Made by a program: the position numbers and the translations under genes. Of a DNA stretch of 64,000 nt, positions 30,603 through 40,675 are shown piece by piece. Under the pieces are notes generated by a model that had not been told where the DNA came from, made no database searches, and was given only the letters and a program-made list of their open reading frames with translations. Origin of the DNA: an uncultured virus (IMG/VR IMGVR_UViG_3300047383_000862) (Duplodnaviria > Heunggongvirae > Uroviricota > Caudoviricetes); IMG/VR virus record IMGVR_UViG_3300047383_000862; one strand, given 5' to 3'. Each line of letters starts with the position of its first letter. The stretch's first letter is position 1.

Positions 30603-31358
30603 TTAAAAAAAATTTTTGTCATCATATCTTTTTATTTTATCAAGGTCTTTTGTTTTTATAATTTTTGAATCTCTCTCGCATAACCATTTATAATCGTCAA
30701 TGTTGTTAGACCATATTTCTCCGTTCCAAAATTCAAATCCTGGGTAGTCAGACTTGTATATGCAAGCCTTCTCATAACCTACCCCTGTGTACATATAGTC
30801 TTTTTTATTTGCGATACAATAATCTATTTCTGCAAGATTTGCATATTTGCCTAAATATAATTTTGGATTTTCATAATTCCAAGCAAACTGAGTTGAGAAA
30901 ACGCTATTCTCCCCGACATCTCTAAGAAATGTAAAAGCAATAGGTTTATTATTTAAATAATAAATTAAAAAATATTTTCTCTCGATTTCTAAACTTAATA
31001 AAGGCTCTAGTTTCCAAGGCTTAAAATTTCTATATTCGAAGTATTTATTGAATATATCTTTTAACTCTTCTATATTTGCTTTACTCGCTTTCGTATATTT
31101 GACCACAATGTCTTTGCATTTTTTTCTAGCCTTTCGAGTACTACGAGTATCAATGAATTTACTTAAATTAATCCTTGTTTGTCGAGCTTGATACCAATGG
31201 GATTTTGTTGAATTTTTAGGAGCAAAATAGTCATCGGGCAACCATCCCTCCTGCAAGGCTAAATCTTCTTCATCTAGGGAGACTTTTGCCATGCAATCGA
31301 AAAATAAATAATCATATTCCGTAATAGCTCCTGAATAATGCCTAAAATAAATATTCAT
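30603..31358 (-). CDS. aminoacyl-tRNA--protein transferase, Bpt/ATE1-like
   Basis: LQEGW, RINLSKF, IFNKYFEYR, FAWNYENPKLYLGKYANLAEI..YMYTG..YKSDY follow the ATE_N/ATE_C pattern. Confidence 0.7.
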   Translation of the reverse strand: MNIYFRHYSGAITEYDYLFFDCMAKVSLDEEDLALQEGWLPDDYFAPKNSTKSHWYQARQTRINLSKFIDTRSTRKARKKCKDIVVKYTKASKANIEELKDIFNKYFEYRNFKPWKLEPLLSLEIERKYFLIYYLNNKPIAFTFLRDVGENSVFSTQFAWNYENPKLYLGKYANLAEIDYCIANKKDYMYTGVGYEKACIYKSDYPGFEFWNGEIWSNNIDDYKWLCERDSKIIKTKDLDKIKRYDDKNFF

Positions 31359-31744
31359 GCGTTACTTTCATCAAACATAGCCCAGCCTTTTGTATTCTTA
31401 AGTCTCCTGTCTAAAAATTTAAAGCCTATCGAAAGAGGGTCAAATTCACGCAAGGCAGATTTGATTAAATTTTGTTCAAAATTTTTACAACTATAAACAT
31501 CAAGTTGGACTAAGTTAGGCTGTCTTTCTTCCCAAGAATGAAGAGAGATGTGACTTGTAGTTATTAAACAAAAACCGCTAATACCTTTATTGCCTTCCTG
31601 CTCACACCTAACAGAAATTGGATCGTGCAAAATTTCCATTTCTATTAAATCGACTAAATGGAGAAGCCATTTATTTGTAAAATCTACATTTGTAAATGGA
31701 GTTTGCTTAAAAGTTGCATTAACTAAAAGATGTTTGTGTTCCAT
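31355..31744 (-). CDS. speD: second pyruvoyl-dependent AdoMetDC/SpeD-family decarboxylase
   Basis: HKHLLV, GISG..LITT|SHISLHSW, LDVYSC. Confidence 0.8.
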   Translation of the reverse strand: MEHKHLLVNATFKQTPFTNVDFTNKWLLHLVDLIEMEILHDPISVRCEQEGNKGISGFCLITTSHISLHSWEERQPNLVQLDVYSCKNFEQNLIKSALREFDPLSIGFKFLDRRLKNTKGWAMFDESNA

Positions 31745-31765
31745 GATACATAAAGCATTACACTA

Positions 31766-32269
31766 CTAATATTTGATATAGCTTTTTTCGACTATACTTT
31801 TAGCAAAATCATTGTCGTACCATTCAAAAACTTCTACCTTTTTGCGATTTAAGTCTTTGTAATGAGAAAAGAAATTTTTACATATATTTAGAAAATTAGG
31901 GTCAATGTCCTCAAGACTTCTATATTTTTTAACATGAGAGACAGGAGTTGCTAAAACTTTGTAATCTTTTTCCCCTTCGTCTTCCATGTCCAAGACACCA
32001 ATTATTTTACACTCCACTATAGTAGCTCTGTCAATCGAAGTTCCGTTGTAAATCAACACATCTAAAGCATCTCCATCTCCAGCCTTCGTGCTAGGGATAA
32101 AACCATAATTAGATGGATAAATCATAGAGCTTAATAAGCTCCTGTCATAAATAAATGCTTCTAAGTCAGGGCGATATTCATACTTTACGTTTGTATCTTT
32201 AGGTATTTCAACTACTGCGTATACTTTTTCGGGAGAATCACAGTGCTTTGCAATGTTATATAAGTTCAT
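31766..32269 (-). CDS. ppa: inorganic pyrophosphatase (family I)
   Basis: EIPK..KYEY, YPSNYGFIPST, DGDALDVL, DEGEKDYKV, FFSHYK. Confidence 0.95.
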   Translation of the reverse strand: MNLYNIAKHCDSPEKVYAVVEIPKDTNVKYEYRPDLEAFIYDRSLLSSMIYPSNYGFIPSTKAGDGDALDVLIYNGTSIDRATIVECKIIGVLDMEDEGEKDYKVLATPVSHVKKYRSLEDIDPNFLNICKNFFSHYKDLNRKKVEVFEWYDNDFAKSIVEKSYIKY

Positions 32270-32292
32270 AATTTCACATTATTTACACAAGT

Positions 32293-32550
32293 TTACCAAA
32301 AATTTAAAGTTATATTTTCTCTGTTACATTTATGGTCTTTTATTTGATCTAAAATAGTTTGTAATACGTTAATTTCATGCAAAGTTTTTTTTGACTTTCG
32401 TTTATTATATTTTCTTTTAAGTTCGTTTATTTTATCTTGTATTATTTGGCGATCAAACCTTCCTTTGTATGACCAACCTAGATCAAAGCCTCGATGAAGT
32501 CCTTTTTGATGAGCTTCTTCAAATCCATTGTTTAAGCCATTGTCGTACAT
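32293..32550 (-). CDS. hypothetical protein
   Basis: ORF in packed run. Confidence 0.65.
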   Translation of the reverse strand: MYDNGLNNGFEEAHQKGLHRGFDLGWSYKGRFDRQIIQDKINELKRKYNKRKSKKTLHEINVLQTILDQIKDHKCNRENITLNFW

Positions 32551-32554
32551 CGCA

Positions 32555-33010
32555 CTATTGTTTGAGTTTCCAAGTTTTTATATCTTTTTGAAAATCTTTT
32601 ATTTTTATAATAGAAATAATATCTTTGCGGTTTTTTCGGCGATAAAGTTTATACAAAGCTTCTTTAGGGCTTGCAACAAAAGAAGGGGTTTCGATTTTAT
32701 TTTTGCACCAATTTAATAAGTCTTGGCGGTTCACGATTAAAAAATGGTCTATATTCTCAAAAGCTATATAATCTGCTTTACCACGAAGCCAACCTTTCTG
32801 ACCTCTTACATTTTGAAGCTCTATCCAAGTTTCATCGTAATTAAAACAAGCATCATGCCTAGAGTTTTTTTTAGGCCCTTTGACATCAATTAGAGAATCT
32901 CTCACTTTGAAATCCCAATGCTCATGCATGTCTTGATATTTTGACGCTTTTTTTACGCTCCAATTTCTTGAAACACAGATATCGCAAAACTTTTTTTCAC
33001 TTTCATTCAT
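32555..33010 (-). CDS. PD-(D/E)XK-fold nuclease-like protein
   Basis: HWDF...IDVK, WIE..NVRGQKGWL.GKADYIAFE. Confidence 0.65.
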   Translation of the reverse strand: MNESEKKFCDICVSRNWSVKKASKYQDMHEHWDFKVRDSLIDVKGPKKNSRHDACFNYDETWIELQNVRGQKGWLRGKADYIAFENIDHFLIVNRQDLLNWCKNKIETPSFVASPKEALYKLYRRKNRKDIISIIKIKDFQKDIKTWKLKQ

Positions 33011-33759
33011 TTTGACCTATAATAATTTTCAATAATATGACTAAACCCACTGTTACTGCCAATGAAAAAATCAGAAGCTATCGCTGTATGAAAAAAATCA
33101 AAAGTATGATATTCATTGGAGTCTGGATCGTCTTCGCAAAAAGGCAGGAATATTAAATCATCCAAGTGGTTTTTGAATATTTTTTCCACTGAATGAGGTT
33201 GGTTGTCCATATCAACTAGGCAATCACGATGCCCACGCAAATCAGTAGAGAGAATGATTCTATACTTAGATACGCCATTTTCTTTAATAATTTCATTCAA
33301 CATATTTGTATAGTAACTTAAGGGTCGAAGCCGATTTCTCATTGAATGGTTTGGGGTGGCGGATATATCCCCTCTTCTAATCGAAATGCATATATTGACT
33401 TTATCTTGACTTAAAAACTTACTTGAGAGCCCTTTTCGAGAAGTGGCATACCAGTCTTTTAATATTTTCCCTGTCAGCTCTGTAGATTCTGATGTTGGAC
33501 TATATTTTGGATTATACTCTTTATGTTCGTATTTATGGTTTTTTTTAATATTTTCTCGATAAGAATCTTCGAAAATAGGTAGTCCTAATTCATTTTCTAT
33601 TACATGCCCACCTGAGCCTAAATGATGTCCACACTTAATTCTGATAGGAACCCATTGCATATCTTCTCTGATGCTATAGTCTAGACCATAATTATAGCAA
33701 TTCATTAAGTGGCCAAGGCCTGCACCGCGCACTAGATTATCGTATAGCAAGTGTTTCAT
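33007..33759 (-). CDS. fucosyltransferase-like glycosyltransferase (GT11/GT23-like)
   Basis: GAGLGH, SIRRGD, ILSTD and SDFFIGSNSGFS motifs. Confidence 0.65.
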   Translation of the reverse strand: MKHLLYDNLVRGAGLGHLMNCYNYGLDYSIREDMQWVPIRIKCGHHLGSGGHVIENELGLPIFEDSYRENIKKNHKYEHKEYNPKYSPTSESTELTGKILKDWYATSRKGLSSKFLSQDKVNICISIRRGDISATPNHSMRNRLRPLSYYTNMLNEIIKENGVSKYRIILSTDLRGHRDCLVDMDNQPHSVEKIFKNHLDDLIFLPFCEDDPDSNEYHTFDFFHTAIASDFFIGSNSGFSHIIENYYRSK

Positions 33760-33817
33760 TTTTAATTATATCTATACTATAATTTCGTCAAGGTTTCTAT
33801 CGAACCACCAAGGCTGT

Positions 33818-34213
33818 CTATCCATTTGTCTTATTTGGCTCGAAAGAATTCATTGTCAGGTGCCAAAAAATTATTGCACATATTTTTTCGTCTGGTAGAT
33901 CTGTGTGATTGATAATATTTGAGCCCAAAACTTCCTGCCAAGTAACTTGATCAAAATCATGAAAAAGTTTACTTTTAAGGTTCTGCAATTCTGCGCAAGC
34001 AAATTTTTTATTTTCAAAGTCTTTACAAAAAGCCACATATATTTCATGCTTGGATCTTTGAGGCTGAGTTTTTAATAAAGCATCCCAAGCTGCTCGCGAT
34101 TTTACATCAATTTCCGAGACGCTAGAGGATCGTTCATATTTATAATGACTTGAATATAATATATTAAATATACGCTTGTATGATTGCTTATTTATAAGTT
34201 GGCTGAAATTCAT
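33818..34213 (-). CDS. hypothetical protein
   Basis: Start probably MNFSQL. Confidence 0.65.
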   Translation of the reverse strand: MNFSQLINKQSYKRIFNILYSSHYKYERSSSVSEIDVKSRAAWDALLKTQPQRSKHEIYVAFCKDFENKKFACAELQNLKSKLFHDFDQVTWQEVLGSNIINHTDLPDEKICAIIFWHLTMNSFEPNKTNG

Positions 34214-34400
34214 TTTTGAAATTATCGGGATACATGATTCTTTTTTGAAAGTCAATTAAAACATTTTGCCTTTCTATTGCTTCGTGCTGCAGTTTAATTG
34301 TATCTTTCAAGTAAGTTATTTCGTGATTTTGTTTAAAGATATAGAATACTACACAACAACCAATAATTGTCAAAAGCAAATTTATAATTCTTTCTTGCAC
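34188..34400 (-). CDS. small membrane protein
   Basis: TM helix plus coiled coil; GTG start at 34400 lies 8 nt after a GTGTAA motif. Confidence 0.55.
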   Translation of the reverse strand: MQERIINLLLTIIGCCVVFYIFKQNHEITYLKDTIKLQHEAIERQNVLIDFQKRIMYPDNFKNEFQPTYK

Positions 34401-34416
34401 AAACAAGATTACACTC

Positions 34417-34638
34417 TTATTCTTCCCATTTCTCAAGATCAATGCCTTTTTGTTCGCAAAGAGCTACTGCGTACCCAACTCTGAAAGAATGTTTGTCTAG
34501 AAAACACAATAATCCCATGATTATGTATGGTTGAACTTTATAAAATCCGAATTCAAAAAAGACTAAAAAACTAATTAAAGCATATGGCATAAACTTATTT
34601 AAAGAATATTCAAGAATAGATAGGAATTTATTGTTCAT
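34417..34638 (-). CDS. small membrane protein
   Basis: Two hydrophobic segments; promoter at 34669-34674. Confidence 0.65.
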   Translation of the reverse strand: MNNKFLSILEYSLNKFMPYALISFLVFFEFGFYKVQPYIIMGLLCFLDKHSFRVGYAVALCEQKGIDLEKWEE

Positions 34639-34681
34639 GTTATAAATTATAAGTGTTTATTTGTGAAATGTCAAGAAAGAA

Positions 34682-35317
34682 TTAGTCAAAATATAAAGTA
34701 GTTTTATTATTGTATATACTATAAGTGTCTAATCTGAAATCAAAAGTATCCATTTCTCTCCATAATGCATTAACAGTTTCATCTTCAAAAGCAGGGCTTG
34801 ACGCATCTAGGTTTATTTGCTCTACTTCATTTCCATCTTTATTCATTGTAGTTACTTTCTCTCCAACATTATACGATTTACTTTTAAATAATTTATTCTT
34901 ATCAAAATCTGAACGGCAAATTTTATATTCTTTACAATCAATTTTTTTATAGTCATGACTAAGCTGATAAAGCTTTATTAGGTTATTTTCGTAATCCCAA
35001 CCAACACCATAGATAAAAAAGTTTTTCGCTGTTGTAATTTTAATTTTTAAAAAATCAAATAATTCGAGTGTTATATTTTTATAATTTTTATCTTCAGTTT
35101 TTTTTCCAAAAGCAAATCGACCATAATTAACTTGTCCAGAATCAAGGATTTGAGGGCAAAATGTATAAGCAGATATATGCTGTCTTGAGTAAAAATCTTT
35201 TAGGGTAATATTTTTAGCGGCTAGTTCAATAAATGAAATTTCTTCAGGGAATAAATGTTTATTTAATTGGAAAAAGTGAAAATTATAATTAGAGAGTTTA
35301 TTTAAAACTTGTTTCAT
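34682..35317 (-). CDS. hypothetical protein
   Basis: About 210-aa ORF overlapping the kinase stop. Confidence 0.7.
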   Translation of the reverse strand: MKQVLNKLSNYNFHFFQLNKHLFPEEISFIELAAKNITLKDFYSRQHISAYTFCPQILDSGQVNYGRFAFGKKTEDKNYKNITLELFDFLKIKITTAKNFFIYGVGWDYENNLIKLYQLSHDYKKIDCKEYKICRSDFDKNKLFKSKSYNVGEKVTTMNKDGNEVEQINLDASSPAFEDETVNALWREMDTFDFRLDTYSIYNNKTTLYFD

Positions 35318-35882
35318 AACAATCAATATCGGACAAGAAAGAACGAGCGAAACTTAAGCACTCGACCATGCTATCATTGCCAAATGTAGGCCAAGACACA
35401 ACAAAATCTCTATAATTCATAAGTTTTAATGATTCTCTTTTCTCTTCTTCATTAGCAGGGACAACAGACTGCCTAATAATGTCCACAATAACTCCATCAT
35501 TTTCTTTAATCCATTGAGCCTCATTTTCATACCTAACATCTGTAATAACAGGTATTTCGCCGTTGTCAGAGCAATATTCAACCGAATCTTTTATTTTATT
35601 AATCCAACAATTTTGATCTAACTTTCTTCTTATATGAGTCCCATAAGTTACTAAGAAAGGGCGGATTAATTCTTTAGATTCATTTTCTTGAGTCCAAGCA
35701 GATATGCCTATATTATTAAGTAAAAAAGGATCACATTCTTTTTTTAATTCATCAGCGAAAGCAAATCTTCTGAAATCTGGAAGATTCATATCTCTCGAAA
35801 GCATGTTAATGGCAGTAAAAAAAGTATCTTTACCACTTCTGGCGAATCCTGTTAGGCCGATAATTCTAGGTAATTTATTCAT
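35298..35882 (-). CDS. deoxynucleoside monophosphate kinase
   Basis: IIGLTGFARSGKDT, FADELK, R.FLVTYGT..RR, ITDVRYENE. Confidence 0.85.
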   Translation of the reverse strand: MNKLPRIIGLTGFARSGKDTFFTAINMLSRDMNLPDFRRFAFADELKKECDPFLLNNIGISAWTQENESKELIRPFLVTYGTHIRRKLDQNCWINKIKDSVEYCSDNGEIPVITDVRYENEAQWIKENDGVIVDIIRQSVVPANEEEKRESLKLMNYRDFVVSWPTFGNDSMVECLSFARSFLSDIDCYETSFK

Positions 35883-35913
35883 CTAATGATTATAGATGAA
35901 TTTTAATTGTTTG

Positions 35914-37206
35914 TCAAGATAAAATATCAAACAGAGGCTCGCCTTTATGAGCTATAGTGAAAGGTCTCCCTGAAGGTGAGTATTGGTAATCATTCAAAGG
36001 TAGACCAAGCGTGTGGGCTATAGTGGCGTTTAAATCTTCTGGCTTGATGGGTTTTCCTTCAACAGGAGATCTTCCTGCCTTATCCGTCTCACCATAAGTA
36101 AATCCACCTTTAACTCCACCTCCTGCAAGAAAAGCTGTAAAGCAATAAGGCCAATGATCTCTACCATCTCTGCCATTTATATTTGGCGTCCTGCCGAATT
36201 CAGAGGTTAATACAACTAGAGTCTCTGATAAAAGCCCTCTTCTATTTAAATCAATAAGAAGTCCGCTTAGAGCTTGGTCTATGTCGGCACAATTTGCTGC
36301 GACTCTTTCAAAATTGTTATCATGCGTATCCCAGCCACCTCTCGTGACTTCCACATACCTTACTCCATGCTCGACTAATCTTCTAGCTAACAAACAGCCC
36401 TTTCCAAAATTAGTACTTCCGTAGAGATCACTTGCTGAGGCTGGCTCTTTGGTAATGTCAAAAGCATTTAAATCATTACTATTCATCAGTTTTATTGCAT
36501 CTTTATATAAGTCTCCATAGGCTCTTACTTGTTTTGATGGAAATTCTGTAGCAAAATTTTCATTTAACTGCTCGGCAATAGATATTCTGCTTTGAAAATG
36601 TTCATGATCTAGATATGAAGCCATTTTACTGTTTGCAAGACCTGAGGATGGATTATTAATTGGAAGCGCTCCATATTTAGACTCTAGGAAGCCAGCTCCA
36701 CCACCTCCACCTCCGATCTTGACATTATTAGGGATCGTCTTATTGATTGACCCAGAAAGTTTAGAAACCCAGCTGCCAAAAGTAGGATGAACAATTGTTC
36801 CTCTCTTGAGATAACTTGTATGCATTAAGTAGCTTGCTTGCTCATGAGCTCCTTGGCTGGTATTCATTGTTTTGATAATTGACCCAAGATGCATTAGCTC
36901 TGCTGTTTTCGGTAAATTTTCAGACAAAATAACCCCATCAGCACTCGTTGCAATTGATTTAGTTGGCCCTTGAATATCAGGAGCGTCAGGTTTTGGGGCG
37001 AATGTATCTAAATGAGACATTGCTCCTGACATATTTAAATAAATAACATACCTCGCTGTTGGAACTCTGGCTCCAGGCTCAAGAGCGCTAACTGTGTTAT
37101 TGATATAAGTTCCCGCCATCGGCATTAAACCTACTCCAAAGCATGCTTTTGCGGCATGTGCTATAAATTCTCTTCTCCCTAATTCATCAATTGTATTTAA
37201 GTTCAT
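35914..37206 (-). CDS. DUF1501 family protein with Tat signal
   Basis: GRREF Tat motif, GAMSHLDTF.PKP, FGKGCLLARRLVEHGVRYVEV, GWDTH, SEFGRTP, GRDHWP; start moved to MNLNTI. Confidence 0.9.
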   Translation of the reverse strand: MNLNTIDELGRREFIAHAAKACFGVGLMPMAGTYINNTVSALEPGARVPTARYVIYLNMSGAMSHLDTFAPKPDAPDIQGPTKSIATSADGVILSENLPKTAELMHLGSIIKTMNTSQGAHEQASYLMHTSYLKRGTIVHPTFGSWVSKLSGSINKTIPNNVKIGGGGGGAGFLESKYGALPINNPSSGLANSKMASYLDHEHFQSRISIAEQLNENFATEFPSKQVRAYGDLYKDAIKLMNSNDLNAFDITKEPASASDLYGSTNFGKGCLLARRLVEHGVRYVEVTRGGWDTHDNNFERVAANCADIDQALSGLLIDLNRRGLLSETLVVLTSEFGRTPNINGRDGRDHWPYCFTAFLAGGGVKGGFTYGETDKAGRSPVEGKPIKPEDLNATIAHTLGLPLNDYQYSPSGRPFTIAHKGEPLFDILS

Positions 37207-37264
37207 AATAATATTATTACACATTTTGGGATAAAATCAACATAAGGTGTAAAATAAAAAGAAA

Positions 37265-38002
37265 ATGGGTAAGATTATATTCAAAAAAAAATCTAAGTTC
37301 CAAGAAATAGAATTGTTCCAAGAACAAGAAAAATACTGGCTTAATTTAAATAAACAAATACAATTCCATAAAGACGAGCATATTATATCTCATAACTTAC
37401 AATGTGATGTTCCTATGCAAAAATTTAGACCAAGAAAAATATTAATACTTGGGGGTGGAGACTGTTTGGCGGCGACGCATGTTCTGAAATATCACTTTGT
37501 CGAAAAAGTCAAAATGGTCGAAATTGATAAAGAGATGATAAACATGGTCAATGAGTCTAAATTAATGCAAAAAATTACAAAAAATGTAACCAAAGACCCT
37601 CGATTAGATATAAAAATAGGCGACGCTAAGGAATTTTTAATTAATAATGAAGAAGTATATGATTTAATTATTGAAGATATTGAACACTCATATACCAAAC
37701 AAAGTAACACTCATTCTTTTGAGAAATATTTTAATAAATTACTGAGCCAAGATTCTGCTATTAGCATGACTGATTATGACTCGAATTCAATTAATTTAAA
37801 AATTTTTATGAGGCAAAACATTAAAAGCATGGTGAAACATAAAAAACCTACTTTCTCTGTTTATTCAGACAGCCCCAGGAAATTGTTCAGCGAAAAATAT
37901 CAAAATATAAATTTAGAGAGATTGAATGAGAGGCAAATATATATTTGCGGAAATAATTATCCGAAGCCTTTTGGTTTTGAATGTTACATGATTATCAAAT
38001 AA
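37265..38002 (+). CDS. speE: spermidine synthase / aminopropyltransferase
   Basis: KSKFQEI, QIQF..DE, ILILGGGD, VEID, GDA..F, YDLIIED. Confidence 0.8.
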   Translation: MGKIIFKKKSKFQEIELFQEQEKYWLNLNKQIQFHKDEHIISHNLQCDVPMQKFRPRKILILGGGDCLAATHVLKYHFVEKVKMVEIDKEMINMVNESKLMQKITKNVTKDPRLDIKIGDAKEFLINNEEVYDLIIEDIEHSYTKQSNTHSFEKYFNKLLSQDSAISMTDYDSNSINLKIFMRQNIKSMVKHKKPTFSVYSDSPRKLFSEKYQNINLERLNERQIYICGNNYPKPFGFECYMIIK

Positions 38003-38042
38003 CAAAATTTAAAGAAAAATCAACACAAGTGTAATATAATAT

Positions 38043-38429
38043 ATGAGGTTTTTGCTTCTTTTTATATTAATATATATTTGTCTAGAAGCAAGGGTGGAAA
38101 GAAAAGATTTTCTAGATAATTGCGATTGGTGCAAAAATCAAGCTAAATTTACCCAACCGTTAGATCTTGGCGAATGGATGGCAAGATGCGGTAAAAAACC
38201 GAAAGACTTGTGGCTCACAATGAAAACTTTGGGGAGAGTTTATGGAACTTACAAAAAATCTATTTCTAGAAGTTGGTTGTATTCTGAAAAATTAGGATGG
38301 GTTTATAATATGCCTAACAAAAAAGGTTATTTTTATGCAGAAAAGCTGGGTTGGATTTATGTTGAAGGTAATATGATTTATATATTTAAATATAAAAAGT
38401 GGGATTATTTAATAAACATGAATTCATGA
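38043..38429 (+). CDS. exported protein with WxYxxxLGWxY repeats
   Basis: Signal-like N-terminus, CxxC, then WLYSEKLGWVY and YFYAEKLGWIY. Confidence 0.7.
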   Translation: MRFLLLFILIYICLEARVERKDFLDNCDWCKNQAKFTQPLDLGEWMARCGKKPKDLWLTMKTLGRVYGTYKKSISRSWLYSEKLGWVYNMPNKKGYFYAEKLGWIYVEGNMIYIFKYKKWDYLINMNS

Positions 38430-40675
38430 GTATTAATTAGTGTCCATATTATTTCTTTATAAGGTTCTTTTGCGTTCTTTAAATTGTCAGAAAAAATTCT
38501 TAACTCTTTAGTATCAGGCTCTCTATTTAATATATATTTATACCCAACTTTTATTTTATCATTCAATGATTTTTGAGATTGAATTGTTTTAATGATTTCA
38601 AAGTTTTTGTTTTTTAATAATCTAGTTTCTACGAAACCATTTAGCAAATTTAATACTTGTGTTGCAGAGGCGCTTTTATGCGCATTTTCTATCTGCTCTC
38701 TATCTGAACCCCCAAACTCTCGGATTAAATGCCCAATGGAGGCGGGGGAGGGTAGTTCGGAGGCTCTCACAGAGTTTCTGTCTTTAACAAAATTCTGCTT
38801 ATATTCTTGTTCTCTGGCTTTCTGCTGAGATTTATATTTATCAACGCAAGATTCGCAACAAAACGCAAGGGTTTCGCCGTTTTCGTTTAGAGCTAATAAT
38901 GTTGGATCAATTGCTCTTCCAGGCTTTATGGGACAGTCGGTGTTAATAGGCTCAGAAAACTTAGTCTCCTTTTCTATTTTCGGCTTTTCTGTTTTATTAA
39001 TCTTGGCCATTAGGTCTGCAAACAACTCTTCTCCCGTCATTTCAGAAAAATTTTCGTAATTCTGGTAACCTTTTGTGTTTTGTTCTAATTTTCTGGAGTC
39101 TATATCATTAAAGGTTAAGTTAACTAACGAGTCCCAGATTTGCTCGCCACTCATTCTTTCGAGTATTGGGCCTTGATAGAAATATGGAATTGCTCCTTGA
39201 GATTGCTTTTCTACATTTGGCCCAGCTATGATCCATTTTACATCTACAGGCATAGACTGATCTTTATTATCTTTAGGTATTACATCTCGAATTACAGACT
39301 GCCTTTGAAAAGTCTTTGTATTATATAATATTCTCAAAAATTCTTTTAAATCATAATCTAATGCAACCATAACTTTTTCTAAATGTAACTGAAGTTTTGT
39401 ATCAGTTGCGAGAGTATCGTCGAACATATTATCTAGAGGCTCAATTAAGGCAAGCCCGAACGCCTCTTTCCATAAACGATTTACAATTACAGCGGTAAAT
39501 CTTGGGTTAGAATCTGAAGCCAACCAATTAGCGTAAATCTCTCTAGAGCCAGCGTCAGGAGCTTTAGTTTTGATGTCGATTTCTTTTCCAAAAATTGTTT
39601 TACCCAATAAAACTTCATTTGGTTTTGCATTGTTATATTGATAATCTTTAGGTAAATTTATCTTACCATTTCCTAAACTAGTTAAACCAGTTTGAAGAAT
39701 ATCTTGGATATCTCTGACCCCATTCGATAACTGTCTTGATTTTTGCGGCTGATCTGAATCTTCTAGTTTTTTTCTTTCGTCTCTCACTAGCCTGTTTAAC
39801 TGGGTTAAATTATCTGGACTCTTTACTCTTAAATTGGTTGACCCACTCGTAAATGCTGCCATTTCATAGAATTGTTTTTGTGTCCAACGATCAAAAGGGT
39901 GATCATGGCACTGAGCACATTCAAGGCTAGTACCTAAGAAAACTCGGACTGTATTAGCCATACTATCAAGAGGCATATTTGCATCTCGAGCAAAATAACT
40001 AACTCCTTCGTTACCTTTTATCCATAATGGGCCAGAAGAGGAAAGCATCTCTCTTACCCATTCATCGTAAGGTCGATTATTGGATATAAAATCTTTTACA
40101 TAATTTTTGTATGGTACTCCAGGTATTCTATTATTCAGTCGATCTTTTATTCTTAATATATCTGCCCAGAAATTGAACCAATGGCTTGTATAGCCTTCAC
40201 TCTCTAGTAATTGATCAATTAATTTAGATCTTTTATTATTTTCTCTGCTGTTTAAAAAGGAGTCCACTTCAGTTAGTGATGGCGTCCTACCGATAACTTT
40301 TAAATAAGATCTGCGCAAAAAAGTAGCATCATCAACTTCTTTATTCGGTCTAAGATTGTATGATCTTAATTTTGTTTCAATTAAACTATCAATGTATTTC
40401 GAGTGAGCAGTTAAGTCTTTATCGGACAAAGGCTTGTTGAACTTAGGCAGAGCTTTGTGGCTGGGTGCAAAATTGTTTTTGATATACGCTTGGTTATCTT
40501 CTGTTAAAGAATCGATAGCGATTCTAAATAATTGCAGGTCGTTTGACCTTTTAATCAATGCATGTGTCGCATTTGCTTCAATAATATCGCCTTTTAAGTT
40601 TTTTCCATTATTAAAATAAAGAACATCACCAAAGCAAAAAAATGATGACAAGAGTAACAATATTAAAATTTTCAT
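38405..40675 (-). CDS. DUF1549/DUF1553 (PSCyt2/PSD1) cytochrome-c-motif protein with SHD1-like and YHS-like domains
   Basis: DDATFLRR.YL..IGRTP, WADILR, FLGTSLECAQCHDHPF, NPRF..VIVNRLW, TQVLNLLNG, WTLINTHEF; CPI...FCCESC insert. Confidence 0.9.
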   Translation of the reverse strand: MKILILLLLSSFFCFGDVLYFNNGKNLKGDIIEANATHALIKRSNDLQLFRIAIDSLTEDNQAYIKNNFAPSHKALPKFNKPLSDKDLTAHSKYIDSLIETKLRSYNLRPNKEVDDATFLRRSYLKVIGRTPSLTEVDSFLNSRENNKRSKLIDQLLESEGYTSHWFNFWADILRIKDRLNNRIPGVPYKNYVKDFISNNRPYDEWVREMLSSSGPLWIKGNEGVSYFARDANMPLDSMANTVRVFLGTSLECAQCHDHPFDRWTQKQFYEMAAFTSGSTNLRVKSPDNLTQLNRLVRDERKKLEDSDQPQKSRQLSNGVRDIQDILQTGLTSLGNGKINLPKDYQYNNAKPNEVLLGKTIFGKEIDIKTKAPDAGSREIYANWLASDSNPRFTAVIVNRLWKEAFGLALIEPLDNMFDDTLATDTKLQLHLEKVMVALDYDLKEFLRILYNTKTFQRQSVIRDVIPKDNKDQSMPVDVKWIIAGPNVEKQSQGAIPYFYQGPILERMSGEQIWDSLVNLTFNDIDSRKLEQNTKGYQNYENFSEMTGEELFADLMAKINKTEKPKIEKETKFSEPINTDCPIKPGRAIDPTLLALNENGETLAFCCESCVDKYKSQQKAREQEYKQNFVKDRNSVRASELPSPASIGHLIREFGGSDREQIENAHKSASATQVLNLLNGFVETRLLKNKNFEIIKTIQSQKSLNDKIKVGYKYILNREPDTKELRIFSDNLKNAKEPYKEIIWTLINTHEFMFIK

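Noticed and set aside
33795..33817. GGTTCGA (T-loop-like) on the minus strand as a tRNA
   Set aside because: No cloverleaf can be built; I found no tRNA gene in the window by eye.
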